From: Clostridia bacterium
GTDB taxonomy: Bacteria > Bacillota > Clostridia > Oscillospirales > CAG-382
Reading direction: 5' to 3'
DNA: 64,000 bases
NCBI GenBank assembly: GCA_017563195.1
Contig: JAFXDO010000048.1
Coordinates: 1,876 to 65,875, forward strand
This document shows, piece by piece, positions 1 through 8,915 of the stretch (position 1 is the stretch's first letter; the number at the start of each line of letters is the position of its first letter). The notes below the pieces were generated by a model. That model searched no databases. It was not told the DNA's origin and was given only the letters and a program-made list of their open reading frames with translations. Made by a program: the position numbers and the translations under genes.

Positions 1-1
1 T

Positions 2-418
2 CTCGTTTTCGTGTTCGGCTTGATACTCGGTGCCGTATGCTATTTCTTCGGACCCGCACTTCTGTCGCTGTTCGGCGTCGAGGGTGACGTTGCGACGAGC
101 GAAACGATGCGAGTCGGTATGCTGAGGCTGACGATCGTAGGTATGCCCTACTTCCTCTGCGGACTTATGGAGGTAATGTCGGGTATGCTGAGAGGCTTGG
201 GCGCATCGCTTGTTTCGGCGGTCGTATCCCTGCTCGGCTCCTGTGTTTTGCGAATTATATGGATATACACGGTTTTCCAAGAATACCGAATGATCGAAAT
301 ACTTTACGTTTCCTACCCCGCGACCTGGATAATAACCGCGGCGGCACACTTTATATGCTTCACCGTCATACTTAAGCGGCGGATCAGGAAAAGCAAGGAA
401 TATTTGGAGGCAGAATGA
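2..418 (+). CDS. MATE-family efflux transporter, C-terminal fragment (5' end outside window)
   Basis: The reading frame is open to the window edge. The translation is TM-rich (MPYFLCGLMEVMSGMLRGLGASLVSAVVSLLGSC), typical of the C-terminal half of MATE/NorM proteins. The stop overlaps the next start (ATGA). Confidence 0.65.
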   Translation, partial: LVFVFGLILGAVCYFFGPALLSLFGVEGDVATSETMRVGMLRLTIVGMPYFLCGLMEVMSGMLRGLGASLVSAVVSLLGSCVLRIIWIYTVFQEYRMIEILYVSYPATWIITAAAHFICFTVILKRRIRKSKEYLEAE

Positions 419-1290
419 CTCACGACGAAATAAAAAGAGCCAACACGCTTGTTTTCGAGCGGCTCGCGCTCCTTTTGAACAACCGTCCCGACTTTATAAA
501 TAAGGAAATGGTGAACGAGCTGACCGAGGGCTTCTCGCTTTCGGTTCCCGAGGCGTTCTCGCTTTTGCTGTGCGCCGCACTCGGCTTCGATACCGAGGAC
601 GACTTTGAAAGAGCGCTGTGGGAATCATATGCACCGTATATGATACACCATCTCGACGAGTCGGTCTTTACCTCCGACCCCTTCTATAAGGCAACGCGCG
701 CAAGCGAGCGAAAATGCATAAACGAGTGGGAGCTTCGCGTCGACAGGCTCGAGCCCTACACGGCATTCGTCTGCGACGACCCTCTGACGCTTCCCGACGG
801 ACGAATAATCCCTCAGATCGGCTTTTTCGATTGCGAGTTCGAGTTTTTGTCGGTCCTGCAGGGCGGCAGAGAGTGGATGACGCTTATGCCCAACGAGATA
901 GTGACCCAGCGCTTACCGATAAAGAAGGCGAGCGGCAGGGTCTGCACCTACGGACTCGGGCTCGGATATTTCGCATTTATGTGCGCCGACAAGGACGAGG
1001 TCGAATCGGTCACCGTCGTCGAGCGTGACGAAAGCGTCGTATCGCTTTTTAAGGAAATACTGCTTCCCTGCTTTACCCATCCCGAAAAAATAGAGATCGT
1101 CGTTGCCGACGCGTTCGAATTTGCCGAAGCAAGCGCGCCCGCAAGAGGCTTTGATTATATTTTTGCCGACATCTGGCACGACCCCTCCGACGGAGTATCG
1201 GCTTACAAGCGCTTCAAAACGCTTGAAAAGCTTTGTCCGAGCACACGGTTCGATTATTGGATAGAAAAAACGCTCAAGCTGTATATGTAA
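415..1290 (+). CDS. Class I SAM-dependent methyltransferase-like / spermidine-synthase-like protein
   Basis: Rossmann motif I-like TYGLGLGYF, followed by VVERDESV and DYIFADIWHD (spermidine synthase-like acidic motifs). The start is coupled to the upstream gene. Confidence 0.5.
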   Translation: MTHDEIKRANTLVFERLALLLNNRPDFINKEMVNELTEGFSLSVPEAFSLLLCAALGFDTEDDFERALWESYAPYMIHHLDESVFTSDPFYKATRASERKCINEWELRVDRLEPYTAFVCDDPLTLPDGRIIPQIGFFDCEFEFLSVLQGGREWMTLMPNEIVTQRLPIKKASGRVCTYGLGLGYFAFMCADKDEVESVTVVERDESVVSLFKEILLPCFTHPEKIEIVVADAFEFAEASAPARGFDYIFADIWHDPSDGVSAYKRFKTLEKLCPSTRFDYWIEKTLKLYM

Positions 1291-1371
1291 CTTTTACATA
1301 TTTCTAACAAATCGAGAACATATTCAGAATATCGACCGACGATAATGTGAGCACAGAAAGGAGGAGTGTAT

Positions 1372-2211
1372 ATGAAAAAAAGAACACTCGCTGTTGTAAC
1401 GGCGGCACTTATCACCGCTGCCGCGCTGGCGCTCACCGCCGGTCTTTCCTTGCTCAACACCTCGGCTACCGACGTAGCTGCAGTCGTATCCGACGCAGTC
1501 ACCGAGGGAATCGAAAACGCACCCGTCGGGGATGCTCTCGAAAATACTCCTGCCGAAGAGGTCGTTGAAGAGGCGGCTCCCGTCGTCGACACGACTCTTC
1601 CCCCGCTTGACACACTCGCTACCGTTATGGTCGTCGAGGAGGAATGGGGCGGCACACACGAATACGTGCTGTGGAAGGATATCGTAATCGACGTTTTCGA
1701 GCATTCCACCGGCAAGCTCGTCGGTCAGGTATGGATCACCGATGATGAGCTTTACGAGGAATTCTGCGAAACCTTCGATGCGGATTTCGATTACACCGCT
1801 GAGCTTTTCGACCCCAACGACGAAAACGCGACCCCCGTTTGTCTCCCCGAGGCGAAATACCGCGTTGAATTTTACTGGGTAGAGCGCACCACCGCACGTC
1901 CCAGCGGCTGCTTCGGAAGCCTTGCGTTCTCCTACGGCATCGAAAACAACGAGATCTATGAATTCACCCAGACCGGTTACCCTCTCGGCAACGGCGAAAC
2001 GGTTATCGCGTTTATGGAATCTCTCGTAGCCGAAAAGATCGCACAGCTTGAAAGCGGCGTTTGCGACGAGCTCGAGGCAAGCGATTCCTTTGCAACGGTT
2101 ATTAAGCTCGACGGCGTTGACAGCTATTGGAACGGCACGACGCTTCCCACCGGCGAATTCATCGAGGGCGTTGACCGCTACACCGAAAGATTCCCCTATA
2201 TTGCAGACTAA
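1372..2211 (+). CDS. Membrane-anchored/secreted protein of unknown function (paralog A of 3584..4423)
   Basis: AAAGGAGG lies 7 nt upstream of ATG 1372; the track start at 1366 is a GTG two codons earlier. The N-terminus is a signal-anchor (MKKRTLAVVTAALITAAALALTAGLSLLN), followed by an acidic linker. The conserved C-domain carries VIDVxxHxTGKLVGQ, C-x-LPE-x-YR-x-E-x-Y and a terminal RFPY. Confidence 0.6.
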   Translation: MKKRTLAVVTAALITAAALALTAGLSLLNTSATDVAAVVSDAVTEGIENAPVGDALENTPAEEVVEEAAPVVDTTLPPLDTLATVMVVEEEWGGTHEYVLWKDIVIDVFEHSTGKLVGQVWITDDELYEEFCETFDADFDYTAELFDPNDENATPVCLPEAKYRVEFYWVERTTARPSGCFGSLAFSYGIENNEIYEFTQTGYPLGNGETVIAFMESLVAEKIAQLESGVCDELEASDSFATVIKLDGVDSYWNGTTLPTGEFIEGVDRYTERFPYIAD

Positions 2212-2250
2212 ATCACTTTTCCCCCTTGAATAAATCCCTCAAAAGACAAA

Positions 2251-2281
2251 GGGCGCGATATTTATCGCGTCCTTATTTTTT
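2251..2281. terminator. Bidirectional rho-independent terminator between convergent genes
   Basis: Stem gggcgcgat / atcgcgtcc with loop attt. T-run on the + strand and A-run (T-run on the - strand) flank it. Confidence 0.7.
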
Positions 2282-2289
2282 GTAATTGT

Positions 2290-3444
2290 TTATTCGGGCT
2301 TTTTGATGCTGTCCTTGATGCAGTCGTAGATGTACTGCGCGAAGGTCTTGTAGGTTTCGTCCTTCGGATGGAGACCGTCGGTGAATACCTCCTTATGCTC
2401 CTCCGACCAAGGGAACATGTCGATGGTGGGAAGCTCTCTTTCCTCTGCGATCTGCTTAAGAAGCGGATGCGAGTACTTGACGATGTTTGCCGTCCACGCC
2501 TCTGCGCTCCAGCCGTCTGCGCCGACCTTAAAGAGCGATGCGGGAAGGATCATATAGATCTGAACGTCGGGATTGATCTTTACAAACGCGTCGAGAAGCT
2601 CGTTTGTGCTCGCTATAAACACGTTGGTGCGGTCGTACTGAGGATCCTCCCAGTTCTTGTAGGGCTGATTGGGGGTGGGATTCGCATCGTTGGTGCCGAG
2701 TGCGAAAAGCACTACGTCGGGCTTGAGCTCGCGTGCTTCAAGATACTGCTTCGACTTGCGGTATGCATATTCGTCGATGCTGCAGATGGAATAGCCGCTG
2801 AGACCCGCGTTGAGCACGTAATAATCGTAGCCGAGCATTTCCTGAATGTAAGCGGGATAGGTCATATTCACGGTATCGGTGGAGTTGATACCCTGAGTGA
2901 TGCTGTCGCCAACGCAGGCAACCTTGATTATCTTCTTTTCGCCTTCGATTTTCTGATCGTTAAACACGCCGTCCTCCGACTCTCTGATCCTTTCGAGCAA
3001 TGCCTCGTAGCCTGCATAGCAGCCGTTCACGCTCGTACTGTTGATAAACAGCTTGCTTCCGCTGACGATTATCTCGTAGCCGCCTATTTCAAGCTCCTTC
3101 TTATTGTCCACACATACGTCGCGGTTGTGAAGCCAGCCGAAGATTATCTCGTTTTCGGTTTCGGGAACCGCATCGGTGCGCGTCGTGAGCTCTACGCCGA
3201 AGGTGTCCTTGACGTAGGAAACGAACTCGTTAGCAACGCTTTTGTAGTTAAAGTTGTTCGTCATGCTCTTGTAAACGACGGTGAAGTCTGCAAGCTTGAT
3301 GCCGTTGATCACGGGCTCCTTGGGAGGCTCGACCGATTCCTCGGAGGAGGCGTCGGTAATATCCGACTCGTCACCCTTGCCGTCGCACGCCGCAAACGAC
3401 AGAAGCATCATGCCGCAAAGCAATAAGCAAAGAAATCTTTTCAT
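2290..3444 (-). CDS. SGNH/GDSL-family hydrolase lipoprotein
   Basis: Lipobox MMLLSFAAC. SGNH blocks ACVGDSITQG (block I), LGTNDAN (block III) and DGLHP (block V). An N-terminal domain of about 150 aa is unassigned. Confidence 0.75.
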   Translation of the reverse strand: MKRFLCLLLCGMMLLSFAACDGKGDESDITDASSEESVEPPKEPVINGIKLADFTVVYKSMTNNFNYKSVANEFVSYVKDTFGVELTTRTDAVPETENEIIFGWLHNRDVCVDNKKELEIGGYEIIVSGSKLFINSTSVNGCYAGYEALLERIRESEDGVFNDQKIEGEKKIIKVACVGDSITQGINSTDTVNMTYPAYIQEMLGYDYYVLNAGLSGYSICSIDEYAYRKSKQYLEARELKPDVVLFALGTNDANPTPNQPYKNWEDPQYDRTNVFIASTNELLDAFVKINPDVQIYMILPASLFKVGADGWSAEAWTANIVKYSHPLLKQIAEERELPTIDMFPWSEEHKEVFTDGLHPKDETYKTFAQYIYDCIKDSIKKPE

Positions 3445-3583
3445 TATTTTTCTCCTTCTTCGTTTTTCTTGATTCTATACCAAATTTTCTCTTTTGTCAA
3501 CGGTTTTACACATCTATAACAACTTCGGAATATATCCATAACATTGACAAATTAATATATTTTCACTGAAAGGAGAATAGCTT

Positions 3584-4423
3584 ATGAAAAACAAATCCTT
3601 GGCAATTATCACCGCATCTATCATAACCGCATCGGCGCTCATCCTCACTGCGGGGCTTTCACTGCTCAACAGCGCGGCTATCGACGAAACGCTTCCCGAG
3701 TCGGATGCTCCGATCGAATCGGTCGTCGAGACGCCCGAGACGCCCGAGACGCCCGAGATCCCCGAAGACGTGTCCGACGTTGAAATCGACGTTGAAGCAG
3801 ATACCGACGAAGTGATCCTTCCCGACACCGAAGAAGAGGTCGAGAACGAGGAAAGCGTCTCTGTTTATCCCGATTTCGAATACGCAGAGGGCGACGCGAA
3901 GACGGTATACGTTGACGGCGACGACGTTTCCAACGGCGTGGTTATCGACGTTTACTCTCACAAGACCGGCAAGCTCGTCGGTCAGTTGGCGTTCACATCT
4001 GCCGATATCAGCGCCTACATCAGCTCGCTTATGCGTATTGAATTCAAGCCCGAAAACGAGCTTTGGATCGGCGAGGACGTTTGTCAGCCTCTTCCCGAGG
4101 GCGATTACAGGATCGAGGTATATGCAGGCACCTGGTTCTCCTACACCTACGGCGAAAGCGGTATATTCGAGCTTACCCAGTGCACGCTGACCTTCGCGGG
4201 CGGCGAGGCGCTTACCGGCTATATCGATTACCTTATCGCCGACTATATTGCCGAGCTTGAGGCCGGCAACGTAGAGGCTCCCGCGGCAGAGGATGCTGTT
4301 TCCAAGCTGCTTTACGGCGGACTCGAGGGATATTGGGAGGGCTATTTCAACGAGGTATGCCAGATGTATATCCCCGCGGCAGGCAGACATTGCGACCGCT
4401 TCCCTTATCTTGAAAACGAATGA
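3584..4423 (+). CDS. Membrane-anchored/secreted protein of unknown function (paralog B of 1372..2211)
   Basis: GAAAGGAG RBS. N-terminus MKNKSLAIITASIITASALILTAGLSLLN. The acidic linker contains ETPETPETPEIPE, encoded by 9-bp tandem repeats near 3729-3765. It has the same C-domain motifs and RFPY end as paralog A. Confidence 0.6.
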   Translation: MKNKSLAIITASIITASALILTAGLSLLNSAAIDETLPESDAPIESVVETPETPETPEIPEDVSDVEIDVEADTDEVILPDTEEEVENEESVSVYPDFEYAEGDAKTVYVDGDDVSNGVVIDVYSHKTGKLVGQLAFTSADISAYISSLMRIEFKPENELWIGEDVCQPLPEGDYRIEVYAGTWFSYTYGESGIFELTQCTLTFAGGEALTGYIDYLIADYIAELEAGNVEAPAAEDAVSKLLYGGLEGYWEGYFNEVCQMYIPAAGRHCDRFPYLENE

Positions 4424-4438
4424 TCGGTCATACGAAAA

Positions 4439-4471
4439 GGACAGAGAACTCAAAGTTCTCTGTCTTTTTTT
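4439..4471. terminator. Rho-independent terminator
   Basis: Stem gacagagaac / gttctctgtc with loop tcaaa, followed by a T7 run. Confidence 0.8.
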
Positions 4472-4514
4472 CGTCCCCGAGATGATCCGAGGCTTATTGT
4501 GGGTGCGGTGAGCC

Positions 4515-4949
4515 TTAAAGGTAGCGACGCATCTCGATCGCGAGGTCGTCCTCAAGCTTGATGAGTCGGTTTGCAATCCCCTTCGACTCGCTGTCTGCCG
4601 CCTTGTACTGATTCATATAGCGCTGAAGCGATTTTACACCCATGTTGCAGCCGTCGGTGATAAGGTCGGCTACGGTTTTGTCGGAATCGTCGAGCGCCAT
4701 TTTCACGTTGGTTTTGATCCAGCTCATCCCCTTTGCGGCGGGCGCGGGCTCCTTGCCCTTGTCGCAATGCTCGGACAGCTTTTGCTTGATGTCGGACAAA
4801 AGTATTTCGTGCTGGTTTCTGCAATCCGAAAGATAGGAGCGCATTTGGTCGGATCTTACGTCGGGAAGCACGTCGTTGATCGACGCCACTCCCATTTTCA
4901 CTCCCGCATCACACTCGCGTAACAGCTTTAAGGTATCGTTTTCCTGCAT
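4515..4949 (-). CDS. Cytoplasmic helical protein of unknown function
   Basis: Clean 144-aa ORF with AGGAGGAAAAAT directly before the ATG. No signal peptide; predicted all-helical. Possibly a four-helix bundle, but the family was not recognised with confidence. Confidence 0.55.
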   Translation of the reverse strand: MQENDTLKLLRECDAGVKMGVASINDVLPDVRSDQMRSYLSDCRNQHEILLSDIKQKLSEHCDKGKEPAPAAKGMSWIKTNVKMALDDSDKTVADLITDGCNMGVKSLQRYMNQYKAADSESKGIANRLIKLEDDLAIEMRRYL

Positions 4950-5010
4950 ATTTTTCCTCCTGCTTTTTTATTTTTATTATTAACCGAAAAAACAGGTTGA
5001 TGCATTTTTG

Positions 5011-5039
5011 TTGACAAAATTTCAAAGCGAGTGTAAAAT
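5011..5039 (+). promoter_or_regulatory. Sigma-A-type promoter for 5069..6982
   Basis: TTGACA (5011-5016), 17-nt spacer, TAAAAT (5034-5039). Confidence 0.6.
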
Positions 5040-5068
5040 GGTATCAGCGATCAATATGAGGTGCAGAT

Positions 5069-6982
5069 ATGAAAAATCGTGCAATTTCTTTGTTAATTAC
5101 GGGACTGCTTCTTTTAACCCCATTGTTTAACGCCTGCGGAGGCGATGACTTAAGCGAGAGCGACAGCTCGGACGGGTCGATGACCGAATCGGGCGAAGGC
5201 TCGGGCGTTTCGGACTTTTCCGAGGAAAGCGAGGACTACGTTGTGGAAGAAGCGATAAACGATCCCATCACCCGCCCGACGGGATATCCCACGCTGTGCG
5301 GCAGCTTTATGCAGCCCGGCGCTTTCAAGAATTATTCAAGAGCGCAGATGGAAGCCCATTTACAGACGATGTACGACGTCGGCATCGATATGCTGATTCT
5401 TCAATGGTCCTTTACGACCGAGGACGGCAAGGTGACCGACGCATATTTCGACGAGGATTTCGGCGAGGACCGCGCAAGCAGCTACGATGCAAGCGGAGAA
5501 TCGCTTCTCGAAACCATTCTTGCAGCCGCGCAGAGGGTCGGCGTCAAGGTGTTCGTCGGGCTCAACGATTCGAGCGAGTGGTGGAACCTCGGCGTGCTTG
5601 ACAGAGGCTGGATCGACACTCAGGCGGAGCTCGGCATGAAGGGCGCGCAACAGATATATGAAAAGTATTCCAAAAAGTACCCCGATGCGCTTTACGGCTG
5701 GTATTTCGTATTTGAGTTTTACAATATGGACGTGCCCGACGCCGTCGTGGCCAACGCATCGTATCTTTTGAATCTTTACCGCAACGGGCTTGCCGAGATA
5801 GACGGCGATATGCCTATGATGCTTTCGCCCTATATCGCGTCAAGCGGAGCTACTCCCGAAAAGACCGGTGAGCTTTGGACGAAGGTGTTTGCAGACACCG
5901 ATTTCAGAAGCGGAGACATATTCTGCTGTCAGGATTCGGTCGGTGCGGGACATATTACTATGGATCAGCTCGAGGGCTATTACAGCGCCATAAAGGACGC
6001 CGTCGACACGAAGGAGGGCTTGCTGTTCTGGGCGAACAACGAGGATTTCACGCTTGCCACCTCAAGCACGGCACCCTTTGACAGATTCATAAAGCAGCTC
6101 GATATTACCGACAAATACGTTTCTGCGCATATCACGTTTGCTTATTCGCACTATCAGCACCCCGATATGCAAAAGCTTGGTCAGCACGAGGCGTACAGAT
6201 ATTACTACGAAAACGGCGTTATTCCCGAATGTCTCCTTTCCGCCCCCGAGGTAGATATTGTCACCGAAAGCAACGGCAACGTAAGGATAAGCGGCAGCAT
6301 CACAAACGTCGATAAAACAGCCCAAGGCGTACGCATTTACAAAAACGGCGAGCTTATTCAAGAGCTTGACCTGAGCAACGCGTACGGCAAAGACAGCCTT
6401 GAATTCGAAGCTGTCGACACCAATTTAAGCGGCAGCGGTGTTGCCGATTACAAAATAACCGCGGTCGACTATTTCGGAAACGAAAGCACACCGTTTGAAA
6501 AAACCGTCGAATATACCGCGAGAAACGGCGTCAACGTCGCGCTCGACAAGCCCTACACGCTGTTGACCGAGCCCGAAAGCAATTACCCCGATGAGAAAAA
6601 CAGCACGCTTACGAACGGAAAGCACGGGCTCGAGGCATACTTCGATCCCTCCTGGGTCGGATTCCTTACCAAGCCCGAGATTGTCATCGACCTCGGATCG
6701 GTCACCGACGGCATTTACAGCGTCGAGATCAACACGCTCGGCGGCGGCAGTGCGGCGGTCTATGCTCCTACCGGCATAAAAATATCGGTTTCGAATAACG
6801 GAACCGACTTCACCGAGGTAAAGACCCAGAGCTTCGATCCCGATATGGGCAGCGATACCTCGTATACCGTCAAGCGCGCCGTAACACTCGACTCCGACGT
6901 GTCGGCACGCTACGTAAAGATCGAAATTACCACCAACCAAAGCTGGATTTTCCTCGACGAGATATCGGTCTACGCAGAATAA
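5069..6982 (+). CDS. Lipoprotein with a glycoside-hydrolase-like TIM-barrel domain (DUF4434-like), a mid Ig-like region and a C-terminal F5/8 type C (discoidin) domain
   Basis: Lipobox LTPLFNAC plus an acidic S/E-rich linker. The N-domain has GSFMQPGAF...GIDMLILQW, which I recall as DUF4434-like (unverified). The C-terminus NVALDKPYT...ARYVKIEITTNQSWIFLDEISVYA is typical of discoidin carbohydrate-binding modules. Confidence 0.6.
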   Translation: MKNRAISLLITGLLLLTPLFNACGGDDLSESDSSDGSMTESGEGSGVSDFSEESEDYVVEEAINDPITRPTGYPTLCGSFMQPGAFKNYSRAQMEAHLQTMYDVGIDMLILQWSFTTEDGKVTDAYFDEDFGEDRASSYDASGESLLETILAAAQRVGVKVFVGLNDSSEWWNLGVLDRGWIDTQAELGMKGAQQIYEKYSKKYPDALYGWYFVFEFYNMDVPDAVVANASYLLNLYRNGLAEIDGDMPMMLSPYIASSGATPEKTGELWTKVFADTDFRSGDIFCCQDSVGAGHITMDQLEGYYSAIKDAVDTKEGLLFWANNEDFTLATSSTAPFDRFIKQLDITDKYVSAHITFAYSHYQHPDMQKLGQHEAYRYYYENGVIPECLLSAPEVDIVTESNGNVRISGSITNVDKTAQGVRIYKNGELIQELDLSNAYGKDSLEFEAVDTNLSGSGVADYKITAVDYFGNESTPFEKTVEYTARNGVNVALDKPYTLLTEPESNYPDEKNSTLTNGKHGLEAYFDPSWVGFLTKPEIVIDLGSVTDGIYSVEINTLGGGSAAVYAPTGIKISVSNNGTDFTEVKTQSFDPDMGSDTSYTVKRAVTLDSDVSARYVKIEITTNQSWIFLDEISVYAE

Positions 6983-7002
6983 ACAAAAAGGCATACACCA
7001 AG

Positions 7003-7046
7003 GGCGATGCACCACAGTGATAAATCGCCTTAAAATCGCCATTTTT
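7003..7046 (+). terminator. Candidate terminator of 5069..6982 with two alternative 3' arms
   Basis: ggcgat (7003-7008) can pair with atcgcc at 7024-7029 or at 7035-7040. The second arm is followed by attttt. Confidence 0.35.
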
Positions 7047-7050
7047 GCTT

Positions 7051-7130
7051 GCTTGAATCAAAAAACGCTTAAAACAGATGCAGATTGGACAAACACGACC
7101 CGAAGCTGTAGTAAACTACTGCGAGCGGTC
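7051..7130. repeat. Intergenic direct repeat, copy 1 (80 nt)
   Basis: gcttgaatcaaaaaacgcttaaaacagatgcagattggacaaacacgacccgaagctgtagtaaactactgcgagcggtc. It is identical to copy 2 except for one A in the A-run. Confidence 0.9.
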
Positions 7131-7196
7131 AAATGTGTCAATACAAAAAACGTCCATAACGGATGCAGAATGAAAAATCGGCACCCGCCGCTGTTT

Positions 7197-7275
7197 GCTT
7201 GAATCAAAAACGCTTAAAACAGATGCAGATTGGACAAACACGACCCGAAGCTGTAGTAAACTACTGCGAGCGGTC
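7197..7275. repeat. Intergenic direct repeat, copy 2 (79 nt)
   Basis: Same sequence as 7051-7130 and 146 nt downstream of it. Its first ~22 nt recur inverted at 7324-7346. Confidence 0.9.
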
Positions 7276-7290
7276 GAGTTTGTTCAAAAG

Positions 7291-7314
7291 AAAAAGGCGG
7301 AGACCGCCTTTTTC
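7291..7314. terminator. Bidirectional terminator
   Basis: aaaaaggcgg aga ccgccttttt: a GC stem flanked by an A-run and a T-run. It sits between convergent genes ending at 6982 and 7341. Confidence 0.75.
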
Positions 7315-7340
7315 TGTTATGCGCTGTTTTAAGCGTTTTT

Positions 7341-8645
7341 TTATTCGTCGTCTTCTTCGCCGAGGTTAATCACCTTACGAGGAATGATGTCGCCCGACTT
7401 GGTAAGTGCGATCTTGGTGAGCATAGGACCGACAAGCTCGTAAATGAGAACCGCGAAGAGTGTGATGTTACGGATCATAGCGCCTGCCTCGCCGAGCTTT
7501 TCAGCCGCCATAAGCGACATACCGAGCGCAACGCCCGCCTGCGGGAGAAGGGTGATGCCGAGGTACTTGACGATGCTGGGCTCACACTTGGTAGCCTTTG
7601 CGCTGACCGATGCACCGAGGATCTTACCTGCAGAGCGTGCAAGGATATATACCACACCGACAAGAACAACAAGGATATTGCCGAACATATCGAACTTCAG
7701 CTCCGCACCCGAAAGCACGAAGAAGAGGATGAAGAGCGGTGCAGTCCATCTGTCGGTCTTGCCCATGATCTCGTCCGAGAAATCGCACATATTGCAGAAT
7801 ACCGTGCCGAGCATCATACAGACGAGGAGCGAGGAGAACTTGACGTGAACGTCGCCGATGTGAGTCTCGAACATAGAGAGCGCAACCGCCATGATAACGA
7901 AGGTTATCGAGAGTGCAAGACGCTTACTGTTGGATTTGAAGTACTTTTCGGCAAGGCTGAAGAGCACACCGAGCACAAGACCTAAGAGAAGCGAGAGGAT
8001 TACCTCGAGCAGAGGCTCAACAACAACGGATATCGCGCTGAGCGCAACGCCGCTTTGGATCGACTGAGCGATACCGAAGGATACGGCGAAAACGACAAGT
8101 CCGACCGCGTCGTCGATCGCAACGACGGGAAGAAGAATGTCGGTCAGCTTACCCTTTGCCTTGTACTGACGAACGACCATAAGCGTTGCGGCAGGTGCGG
8201 TTGCGGTTGCAACTGCGCCGAGTACAAGTGCGGAAGGGGTGTTGATGACGTCCTCGGGAAGGAACTGACAAAGCACGATAAGCGCAAGGTCAACGACCAA
8301 AGTAGCGACAAGCGCCTGGAATATACCGATAATAGTCGCCTGCTTACCTATCTTTTTAAGCTGGGAAATACGGAACTCGTCACCGATGGCGAACGCGATG
8401 AAGCCGAGCGCGACCTTGGAAAGCACGCTGTTTGCTTCAACCGCCTCTGCGGTAGCAAAGCCGAGACCGTACTGCTCGAGATTGAGCAGAGCGGTAAGCT
8501 TACCGAGACAGTAGGGTCCGATAAGCACGCCCGCGATAAGGTAGCCGGTAACTGCGGGAAGCTTGAATTTCTTTACAAGACGCGACATAAGAAGACCTGC
8601 GGTCATCGCAATCGCGATAGGCATCAGTTGTGCCATGGTTTCCAT
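7341..8645 (-). CDS. Cation:proton antiporter (CPA2 / Na+-H+ exchanger family)
   Basis: 434-aa polytopic membrane protein. The N-terminus LPAVTGYLIAGVLIGPYCLG is characteristic of Kef/NapA-type antiporters. RBS AAGGTGG. Confidence 0.85.
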   Translation of the reverse strand: METMAQLMPIAIAMTAGLLMSRLVKKFKLPAVTGYLIAGVLIGPYCLGKLTALLNLEQYGLGFATAEAVEANSVLSKVALGFIAFAIGDEFRISQLKKIGKQATIIGIFQALVATLVVDLALIVLCQFLPEDVINTPSALVLGAVATATAPAATLMVVRQYKAKGKLTDILLPVVAIDDAVGLVVFAVSFGIAQSIQSGVALSAISVVVEPLLEVILSLLLGLVLGVLFSLAEKYFKSNSKRLALSITFVIMAVALSMFETHIGDVHVKFSSLLVCMMLGTVFCNMCDFSDEIMGKTDRWTAPLFILFFVLSGAELKFDMFGNILVVLVGVVYILARSAGKILGASVSAKATKCEPSIVKYLGITLLPQAGVALGMSLMAAEKLGEAGAMIRNITLFAVLIYELVGPMLTKIALTKSGDIIPRKVINLGEEDDE

Positions 8646-8682
8646 ATAAAATCCACCTTACTTTTTAATTTACCAAGCGAAG

Positions 8683-8711
8683 ATGATAACATATTATTTG
8701 CGATTTTTCAA
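8683..8711 (-). promoter_or_regulatory. Sigma-A-type promoter of the antiporter gene
   Basis: On the minus strand: TTGAAA, 17 nt, then TGtTATCAT (extended -10). Confidence 0.6.
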
Positions 8712-8817
8712 GCGTTTTTGTCGATTTTATAAAATTTCTCAAAACGCGTCATTAACACCTCAGCAAACCGCAATAAAGGCAACAAAATCCACAAAAAACG
8801 GCAAAGATACACAAAAG

Positions 8818-8860
8818 AAATCGAGCTCCGTGAAAAAATGAAGCTCGATTTTGTTTTTAT
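8818..8860 (-). terminator. Terminator downstream of 8916..9807
   Basis: Arms atcgagct / agctcgat with a 14-nt loop, followed on the minus strand by ttcttttgtg. Confidence 0.6.
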
Positions 8861-8915
8861 TGATGTCTTGGCACAAGCTCCTGTGTCCGAAGGATCGCAG
8901 TGTGACGCCTGTTTA

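Noticed and set aside
7051-7275. The 80-nt direct repeat pair as a CRISPR array, tRNA or riboswitch.
   Set aside because: There are only two copies and the unit is far longer than a CRISPR repeat. No cas genes are present and no cloverleaf can be drawn. The repeats lie downstream of both flanking genes (convergent 3' ends), so they cannot be a 5' riboswitch.
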